Assembly (NCBI GenBank): GCA_052386275.1
Contig: JBQTKI010000027.1
Coordinates: 3,109-67,108, forward strand
Direction: 5' to 3'
DNA: 64,000 nucleotides
DNA from: Gammaproteobacteria bacterium
GTDB lineage: Bacteria > Pseudomonadota > Gammaproteobacteria > Steroidobacterales > Steroidobacteraceae
Shown: piece by piece, positions 57,921 through 64,000 of the stretch
How positions within the stretch are numbered: position 1 is the stretch's first letter
Layout of the letters: every line of letters begins with the position of its first letter
The notes under the pieces: generated by a model
Database searches by the model: none
Seen by the model: the letters and a program-made list of their open reading frames with translations, nothing else
Told to the model about the DNA's origin: nothing
Translations under genes and position numbers: made by a program

Positions 57921-58418
57921 ATGCGCCAGACGCGCGCCATCGAGCTGGGAACCGGGCTGTTCGTGCTGCTCGGCTTCGCCGCGCTCTTCTTCCTCGTCAC
58001 GCAGGTCACCAGCCGGCAATTCGGGCTCGGCGACGACGGCTATCGCGTGACCGCTTCGTTCGAACAGGTTGGCGGGCTCAAGTCCGGCGCGCCGGTGTCG
58101 ATGTCGGGCGTGACGGTCGGCCGCGTCGAGGGGATTGACTACGACTTCAGCGAGTACCGCGCGCGCGTGACGATGCGCATCGACCGCGCTTTTGACCGCA
58201 TCCCCGACGACAGCGACGCCAGCATCCTGACCGCGGGACTGCTCGGCGGCCAGTACGTCGGCATCGGCCCCGGCAGCTCGGAAACTTTCCTGGCCGACGC
58301 CGATCAGATCACCTTCACGCAGTCGGCGGTCGTGCTCGAGAACCTGATCAGCAAGTTCCTGTTCTCGAAGACGGGCGAGCAGGCTGCTCCTGCGTCTACC
58401 GAGGGTTCCACGCCATGA
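57921..58418 (+). CDS. mlaD: MCE-domain phospholipid-binding protein MlaD
   Basis: N-terminal TM anchor. VTASFEQVGGLKSGAPVSMSGVTVGRV (MCE fold). Confidence 0.88.
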   Translation: MRQTRAIELGTGLFVLLGFAALFFLVTQVTSRQFGLGDDGYRVTASFEQVGGLKSGAPVSMSGVTVGRVEGIDYDFSEYRARVTMRIDRAFDRIPDDSDASILTAGLLGGQYVGIGPGSSETFLADADQITFTQSAVVLENLISKFLFSKTGEQAAPASTEGSTP

Positions 58419-59053
58419 CCTTTCGCCTCGCCGCCATGGCCCCGGTTGCGCTCGTCATTGCGCTGGTGGCGCCGGCGCGCGCCGCGGAGCCGGTGCCCGG
58501 CCCCGTACCGCAGCAGCTGATCGAGACCACCGCGCGGCGGCTGCTCGAGGCTCTCGACCACGACCGCGAGGCTGCGCGCCAGAACCCGACACGCGTACAG
58601 AGGCTGGTGGACGAGATCCTGCTGCCGCACTTCGACACCGCCTACTCGGCGCGCCTCGTGCTCGGCAGGCACTGGAGGAGCGCCACGCCGGAGCAGCGCC
58701 GGCGCTTCGTCGACGGCTTCTACCAGTCCCTGCTGCGCAATTACGGCGCTGCTCTCGCGGAGTTCACGGCCGACCGCCTTGCAGTGCTGCCGTTTCGCGG
58801 CGACCTCGCGAACGGGCAGGCCACCATCCGCACCGAGGTCAAGCGGCGCGACGGCACGCGCGTGCCGGTCAACTACGCGATGCACGCGACGCGCCATGGC
58901 TGGAAGGCCTGGGACGTCACGATCGAGGGCATCTCCTACGTGCGCAACTTCCGCAACGATGTCGGCGCCGAGGTGGACCAGCGCGGCCTCGACGCCGTGA
59001 TCGAGCGGCTCGAACGCGAGAACGCGGGCGGCAGGCCCGAGCGGGCAGGCTGA
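58415..59053 (+). CDS. mlaC: periplasmic phospholipid-binding protein MlaC (Ttg2D/toluene-tolerance family)
   Basis: Signal peptide MTFRLAAMAPVALVIALVAPARA. ...ILLPHFDTAYSARLVLGRHWRSATPEQRRRF...WKAWDVTIEGISYVRNFR. Confidence 0.88.
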   Translation: MTFRLAAMAPVALVIALVAPARAAEPVPGPVPQQLIETTARRLLEALDHDREAARQNPTRVQRLVDEILLPHFDTAYSARLVLGRHWRSATPEQRRRFVDGFYQSLLRNYGAALAEFTADRLAVLPFRGDLANGQATIRTEVKRRDGTRVPVNYAMHATRHGWKAWDVTIEGISYVRNFRNDVGAEVDQRGLDAVIERLERENAGGRPERAG

Positions 59054-59057
59054 GCGG

Positions 59058-59366
59058 ATGGACGCGCCGCGGCTTTGCGAACAGGGCGGCGGGCGTTTCG
59101 CGCTCGCAGGTGACCTCTTGTTCGATACGGTGCCTGCGCTGCTGTCTGAGGGCGAGGCGGCGTTCGCGGCGGTGAACCAGGCCGACGTCGACCTCGCGGC
59201 CCTCGGCCGTGTCGACAGCGCGGGCATGGCGCTCCTGCTTGAGTGGGCGATCGTCGCGCGCGCGGCGGGGCGCGGGATCCGCTACCGCAATTCGCCGCCG
59301 GCGCTCGCCGCGCTCGCCGGACTCGGCGAGGTCGGCGCGCTGATCGGGGCGGACCCTGCCGGCTGA
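59058..59366 (+). CDS. mlaB: STAS-domain protein MlaB
   Basis: 102 aa. ...FALAGDLLFDTVPALL...VDLAALGRVDSAGMALLLEW. Directly follows mlaC. Confidence 0.8.
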   Translation: MDAPRLCEQGGGRFALAGDLLFDTVPALLSEGEAAFAAVNQADVDLAALGRVDSAGMALLLEWAIVARAAGRGIRYRNSPPALAALAGLGEVGALIGADPAG

Positions 59367-60127
59367 ACCACCGGCTGCTCGGTCTCCTCCGTGTCTTCCG
59401 GCGCTTCCGGATCCCGGAAATCCTCGAGCGGCGGCTGTTCCGGCACGTCGCCGTCCCTCACCTGGTACTCGCGGCGCTGCAGCCAGGCGTTCCTGGTGAA
59501 GGCATAGCGGTCGAAAGCTGCATCGAGCGCCGGGTCCGCGGCCAGCAGGCCGGCGCGGCGGTCGACGGCGTAGAGCGCCCCGAGCGCGGCGCGTTCCCCG
59601 GCGCGGATTTCGAGCTGTACGCGCAGATCGGCCTGCGCGTCGGCGAACATGGCAGGCGTGTCGCGCAACGTCGAAGGGCCGATCAGCGGCAGCACCAGGT
59701 ACGGGCCCGCCGGGACGCCCCAGCGGCCCAGGGTCTGGCCAAAGTCCTCCTCGTGGCGCGGCAGGTCCGCGTCCGAGGCGGGATCCAAGAGCCCGGCGAG
59801 TCCCAGCGTCGAATTGAGCGCGAAGCGGCCGAGGTCCTGCGCCGTCGCCAGCAACTTGGCCTGCAGCAGATCGTTCACGATCGTGACCGGGAAGGCGAGA
59901 TGCGAGAGCAGGTTGCCGATGCCGGTGCGCACCGGCCGCGGAACGTGGCGTTGGTAGGCGCTGGCGACCGGCTTCAACACGCCGCGGTCGATCGCGTCGT
60001 TGACGCGCTGCACGCCGCGGTTCCAGCCCTCGAGCGGATCGCCGGGCGCCGGCGACCCGGTCGTGGCGCAGCCGGAGAACAGGCACAGGAGTAGAGCGGC
60101 ACTGCCCGTGCGGACGGCGATCGGCAT
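59282..60127 (-). CDS. mlaA: outer-membrane lipoprotein MlaA (VacJ)
   Basis: Internal ATG at 60127 of track ORF 59282..60340. Lipobox LLLCLFSGCA. DPLEGWNRGVQRVNDAIDRGVLKPVASAYQRHVP.PVRTGIGNLLSHL. The acidic/Pro-rich C-terminal tail overlaps the mlaB 3' end by 85 nt. Confidence 0.85.
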   Translation of the reverse strand: MPIAVRTGSAALLLCLFSGCATTGSPAPGDPLEGWNRGVQRVNDAIDRGVLKPVASAYQRHVPRPVRTGIGNLLSHLAFPVTIVNDLLQAKLLATAQDLGRFALNSTLGLAGLLDPASDADLPRHEEDFGQTLGRWGVPAGPYLVLPLIGPSTLRDTPAMFADAQADLRVQLEIRAGERAALGALYAVDRRAGLLAADPALDAAFDRYAFTRNAWLQRREYQVRDGDVPEQPPLEDFRDPEAPEDTEETEQPVVQPAGSAPISAPTSPSPASAASAGGELR

Positions 60128-60161
60128 GCGGGGACTCTCGCGGCTGGTGACCGGCCGGATT

Positions 60162-61667
60162 CTAGCCTGCGCCGCCGCCCTCCGGTTGCGGTGCGGTCGG
60201 TCCCGGCAGTTCCTGCGCGCGCTTGCCCTTCGGCAGGTACTCCTGCAACTCGCGGATGCGCGCGTCGAAGCGCTCGCGCTGCACGTCGTTGAGACCCGGC
60301 ACCGCCTGCGCCAGGCGCAGCTGGTCGATCGCGAGCGCAAGGTCGCCCGAGATCACGTGGTACTCGGACATGTAGTAGTAGGCGTCGGCGACGTCGCCGG
60401 CCGCATTCGCGGCGAACGCGGTGTAGCGCGCCTGCTCGGGCGTGGGCGGCACGTTGTTGAACAGGTCGAGCAGCACCAGGTGGGCGCGCTTGGCGTCGCC
60501 GTCCCGGATCAGGGTCTCGGCGTAGCGCATCGTGACCGGCACGCTGCGGGGGAACAGGCGCATCGCGTGCTCGAGCGTCGCGCGCGAGGCGGGCAGGCGG
60601 CCGGCGGCAAGCTCGGCCTGACCGAGGGCGACGTGGTACAGCGTGACGTCCGGGCGCCGCTCGAGCAGCGACTGCAGGATCGGGATGGCTTCTTCGGGCG
60701 CCTCGGCGCGCAGCAGGACGAGGGCGCGCCCGTACTGCTCGCCGTCGGTGGACGGCAGGTCCACGGACCCGGCCCTCAGGTACAGGTCGCGGAATGCGGT
60801 CTCGGGGGCAAGCGCCGCAACCGCGAGGCGCTCGCGGATCAGCGCGTAGCTCGTGCTGTCGGCGCTGCGTGGCCGCTCCATGCGGCTGGCGCGGTCGCGG
60901 GTCTCGGCGATGCGCTCGGTCGTGACGGGGTGGGTGCGCAGCAGGTCCGGGATGTTGCGCCCGGCGCCGCCGGTGCGCTGCTGCATGGTCCAGAAGAATT
61001 CCGGCATCGCGACCGGGTCGAAGCCGGCCGACGCGAGGACGCCGATGCCGACGCGGTCGGCCTCGCTCTCGTTGGCGCGCGTGTAGTTGACCTGCTGTTG
61101 CGCGGCGAGACCCTGGGCCGCGGTCACGGTGCCGAGCAGCGCGTCGCTCGGCATGCCGGTGGTCGCGCTGATCAGGATCGCGGCCAGCACCGCCGCCATG
61201 GAGGCCATGTTCGCGCGGCCGGCGTTCTGGATCGAGCGCGCGATGTGCCGCTGCGTCACGTGCGCGATCTCGTGAGCCAGCACCCCCGCGAGCTCGGCCT
61301 CGCTCCTGGTCGCGGTCACGAGGCCGCCATTGACGCCGATGAACCCGCCGGGCAGAGCGAAAGCATTGATGCCCGCGTCCCTGACCGCGAAGAACGTGAA
61401 ACGGTGCGCGCCCTCGTGCGCCTGACTCGCGAGCCGCATGCCGAGCGCCTGCAGGTACTCGGTGACCTCGGGATCTTCGACGATCTGGCCGGCGTCGCGC
61501 AAGCCGCGCACGATCGTGAGCCCGATCCGGTACTCGTCGATCAGCGACAGCGTCGTGTTCGCCGGCGTGCCGATCTCGGGCAGGCTGCTGCCCGCCTGGG
61601 ACTGCGCCGGCACGGGGCCAGCGCGCAGGCACAGGAGCAGCGAGAGCAGGCAGGCGGTCGCGCGCAT
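60162..61667 (-). CDS. bepA: periplasmic M48 metalloprotease/chaperone with TPR domain (BepA/YfgC-like)
   Basis: Signal peptide MRATACLLSLLLCLRAGPVPAQS from the ATG at 61667 (AGGAA RBS). VLAHEIAHVTQRH (HExxH)...ESEADRVG. C-terminal TPR repeats. Confidence 0.82.
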   Translation of the reverse strand: MRATACLLSLLLCLRAGPVPAQSQAGSSLPEIGTPANTTLSLIDEYRIGLTIVRGLRDAGQIVEDPEVTEYLQALGMRLASQAHEGAHRFTFFAVRDAGINAFALPGGFIGVNGGLVTATRSEAELAGVLAHEIAHVTQRHIARSIQNAGRANMASMAAVLAAILISATTGMPSDALLGTVTAAQGLAAQQQVNYTRANESEADRVGIGVLASAGFDPVAMPEFFWTMQQRTGGAGRNIPDLLRTHPVTTERIAETRDRASRMERPRSADSTSYALIRERLAVAALAPETAFRDLYLRAGSVDLPSTDGEQYGRALVLLRAEAPEEAIPILQSLLERRPDVTLYHVALGQAELAAGRLPASRATLEHAMRLFPRSVPVTMRYAETLIRDGDAKRAHLVLLDLFNNVPPTPEQARYTAFAANAAGDVADAYYYMSEYHVISGDLALAIDQLRLAQAVPGLNDVQRERFDARIRELQEYLPKGKRAQELPGPTAPQPEGGGAG

Positions 61668-61725
61668 GCGGGGGTTCCTGGCGGAGTTGCCGGTTCGACC
61701 GCGCCGGGCGCCCATGGTTCGGCCG

Positions 61726-63147
61726 TCAGAGCGCCTCGGACGCGAAGTCCGCGAGGCGCGAGCGCTCGCCGCGCACCAGCGTCACGTGCCCGGAGTGACG
61801 CCAGCCGCGGAACCGGTTGACGACATAGGTCAGGCCCGAGGTAGTCTCGGTCAGGTAGGGCGTGTCGATCTGGGCGATGTTGCCGAGACAGATGAGCTTG
61901 GTGCCCGGGCCGGCGCGCGTGACCAGCGCCTTCATCTGCTTGGAGGTCAGGTTCTGCGCCTCGTCGAGGATCAGGTAGCGGTTCAGAAAGGTGCGGCCGC
62001 GCATGAAGTTGAGCGAGCGGATCTTGATCCGGTGGCGCAGCAGATCCTGGGTCGCGGCGCGACCCCAGCTGCCGCCCTCCTGGCTCTGGGTCAGGACCTC
62101 GAGGTTGTCCATCAGCGCGCCCATCCAGGGCTCCATCTTCTCCTCCTCGGTCCCGGGCAGGAAGCCGATGTCCTCGCCGAGCGGGATCGTGACGCGCGTC
62201 ATGATGATCTCGCTGAAGCGGTTGGTCTCGAGCGTCTGCACCAGGCCGGCGGCGAGCGTGAGCAGCGTCTTGCCGGTTCCCGCGGGGCCCAGGATCGTGA
62301 CGAAGTCGATCTCGGGGTCGAGCAGCAGGTTGAGCGCGAGGTTCTGCTCGCGGTTGCGCGCGGTGATGCCCCAGACCGAGTGGCGCTCGCTGCGGTAGTC
62401 CTGCGTCACCTCGAGCGTCGCGGCGTCGCCCTCGATCGCGCGCACGCTGGTCTCGAAGGCGTCGTCGCCGCTGCCGTAGAGGAACAGGTTCGGGTGCCAC
62501 TCATGCACCAGCGGGCCGCGCACCCGGTAGAAGCTGCGCGCCTGCTCCTGCCACGACTCCATCTGGCTGCCGTGGGTCTCCCAGAAATCCGCCGGCAGCG
62601 CGGTCACGCCGGTGAACAAGAGGTCGGCGTCCTCGATGGTGCGGTCGTTGTAGTAGTCCTCCGCGTGCACGCCAAGGATCGCCGCCTTGATGCGCAGGTT
62701 GATGTCCTTCGATACCAGCGTCACGCGCGTAGCGGGATTCTCCATCTGCAGTGCGAGCGTGTAGCCCAAGAGCGCATTGTCGATGCCGTGGCCCGGCAGC
62801 GTGTCGGGCAGTCCCGCCGCGAGGCGCCGTGTCTGGAAGAAGAGCCGGCCGGTCGGCGGCTTCTTGCCGTGGTTGCCCGAGCGGCCCGCGGGCAGTTCGA
62901 TTCCGCGGTCGATCTGCTCCTTGGTGGCGTTCGCCATCAGCTCGTCGAGGAAGCGGCTGACCTGGCGGGCGTTCCGCGCCGATTCCGAGAGGCCCTTCTT
63001 GTTGGCGTCGAGTTCCTCGAGCACGCCCATCGGCAGGTAGATGTCGTGCTCCTCGAAGCGGAAGATCGCGGCCGGGTCGTGCATCAGCACGTTCGTGTCG
63101 AGCACGAATGCGCGCCGAGAGCCCTTGCCGGGGCGTGCCCTGGTCAT
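61726..63147 (-). CDS. PIN-domain + PhoH-like ATPase fusion (PhoH2/YlaK family)
   Basis: FVLDTNVLMHDPAAIFRFEEHDIYLPMGVLEELD (PIN). ILGPAGTGKTLLTLAAGL (Walker A)...YLILDEAQNLT...GNIAQIDTPYL. Start ATG at 63147 (MTRARPGK); the track ORF starts at 63192. Confidence 0.85.
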   Translation of the reverse strand: MTRARPGKGSRRAFVLDTNVLMHDPAAIFRFEEHDIYLPMGVLEELDANKKGLSESARNARQVSRFLDELMANATKEQIDRGIELPAGRSGNHGKKPPTGRLFFQTRRLAAGLPDTLPGHGIDNALLGYTLALQMENPATRVTLVSKDINLRIKAAILGVHAEDYYNDRTIEDADLLFTGVTALPADFWETHGSQMESWQEQARSFYRVRGPLVHEWHPNLFLYGSGDDAFETSVRAIEGDAATLEVTQDYRSERHSVWGITARNREQNLALNLLLDPEIDFVTILGPAGTGKTLLTLAAGLVQTLETNRFSEIIMTRVTIPLGEDIGFLPGTEEEKMEPWMGALMDNLEVLTQSQEGGSWGRAATQDLLRHRIKIRSLNFMRGRTFLNRYLILDEAQNLTSKQMKALVTRAGPGTKLICLGNIAQIDTPYLTETTSGLTYVVNRFRGWRHSGHVTLVRGERSRLADFASEAL

Positions 63148-63154
63148 GGGTCGC

Positions 63155-63448
63155 TCAGAGCCCGCGCGCCGCGGCCAGGACTTCCTCCGCATGCCCCGCG
63201 ACCCGCACCTTGCGCCATGCGCGGCGCAGGACGCCCTCTGCGTCGATGAGGAACGTGCTGCGCTCGATGCCCATCATCTTCCTGCCGTACAGGTTCGTCT
63301 GCTTCCAATGGTCCTTGAAGCGCCGGTGCGATTCGAGCGAATCGGTGGAGATCCCGAGGGTCGCGGTGCGCGCGCGCAGGCGGAACCCGCCCCCGGTGGT
63401 CGCGATCGCGAAGTCCGAAAGCCCGCCGCCGACGCCGATTGCCGTCAT
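63155..63448 (-). pseudogene. bcp: shrunken Bcp (thiol peroxidase/peroxiredoxin Q) remnant: 97-codon open frame lacking the peroxidatic-Cys region
   Basis: Tail of track ORF 63155..63706, from the ATG at 63448 (GGGAAGG RBS). ...TLGISTDSLESHRRFKD...NLYGRKMMGIERSTFLIDAEGVLRRAWRKVRVAGHAEEVLAAA matches the Bcp C-terminal half. The N-terminal ~40 aa (FYPKD.TPGC) and an internal ~22-aa segment are missing. The conserved gcvR-bcp neighbourhood is retained. Confidence 0.6.
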
Positions 63449-63465
63449 GCCTTCCCTGCCGCCGC

Positions 63466-63996
63466 TCAGCCCTTGACCGGCTCGAGGATCGCGTCGAGGT
63501 TCATCTCGTCGCAGAAGTCCATGAACTCCTCGCGCAGCGCCCCGACGTGGATGCGGCTCGGGACATTCACGACCATGTACACGGAGAACATCTGCGCCCC
63601 GGTGTGGGCCGCCGCGTAGCCGCGCGTCGACAGCTCGCCGATGTCGATGCCGCGCGAGGCGAAGAAACCGGACAGACCGGACACGATGCCCGCCTGGTCG
63701 ATGCACACCACGTCCACCGAGTAGGGCACCATGTCCTCGCGCGCCGCGCGCTCCGTGGTGCGCCGCACCTGGATCGTCATGCCGGAGGACTCGCCGAGCT
63801 TGGCGAGCTCGGTCTCGATGCGCGCGATCGAGTGCCAGTTTCCGGCCACCAGCAAGAGCATTGCGAACTCGTTGCCGAGCGCCGCCATGCGGCTCTCGCT
63901 GATGCTGCCGCCGCAGTCGGCGACCACCTTCGAGAGCTCGTGTACCAGGCCGATGCGATCGTCGCCGATGGCGGATATTGCGATGAATTGTTTCAT
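63466..63996 (-). CDS. gcvR: glycine cleavage system transcriptional repressor GcvR-like (tandem ACT domains)
   Basis: MKQFIAISAIGDDRIGLVHELSKVVADCGGSISESRMAALGNEFAMLLLVAG...IDQAGIVSGLSGFFASRGIDIGELSTR. Upstream of bcp, as in E. coli. Confidence 0.75.
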   Translation of the reverse strand: MKQFIAISAIGDDRIGLVHELSKVVADCGGSISESRMAALGNEFAMLLLVAGNWHSIARIETELAKLGESSGMTIQVRRTTERAAREDMVPYSVDVVCIDQAGIVSGLSGFFASRGIDIGELSTRGYAAAHTGAQMFSVYMVVNVPSRIHVGALREEFMDFCDEMNLDAILEPVKG

Positions 63997-64000
63997 GCGG

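Overview
High-GC (roughly two-thirds to 70 % by eye), very gene-dense chromosomal core region of a Gammaproteobacterium. I call about 65 CDS and one tRNA. Many adjacent genes share stop/start overlaps (ATGA, TGATG).

Most of the window is conserved housekeeping synteny:
- queG | nnr-tsaE-amiB-mutL-miaA-hfq-hflX-hflK-hflC-yjeT-purA
- tRNA-Leu | rnr-rlmB-rpsF-rpsR-(membrane protein)-rplI-dnaB-alr
- radA; ypjD | ffh-rpsP-rimM-trmD-rplS-sppA
- tdh-kbl | yhhQ-nudix-putA
- a seven-gene SUF Fe-S operon
- fba-mlaFEDCB, then mlaA, bepA, a PIN-PhoH ATPase, a decayed bcp and gcvR

I found no rRNA, CRISPR array, IS element, integrase, prophage or recognisable defence system.

The parts not explained by the backbone are:
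1. A complete 357-aa LAGLIDADG intein interrupting the Fe-S scaffold gene sufB (52856..53926). This is the clearest unusual element.
2. An 8.2-kb block between purA and tRNA-Leu/rnr. It combines a fatty acyl-CoA reductase, WS/DGAT wax-ester synthase, a phasin-like granule protein, a patatin lipase, an unassigned TPR-like protein and a DUF898/M48 membrane pair. I read it as a self-contained neutral-lipid-body cassette, and it is my best candidate for an undescribed system.
3. An orphan encapsulated-ferritin (EncFtn) homologue with no shell gene and no targeting peptide, set among two MAPEG proteins and a LysE exporter.
4. A stand-alone Ser/Thr kinase-PP2C-tandem-FHA operon with a local AT-rich dip.
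5. A shrunken Bcp peroxiredoxin relic without its catalytic Cys.

All functional calls rest on my reading of the translated ORFs (motifs, remembered family sequences) and on synteny. No database search was run.
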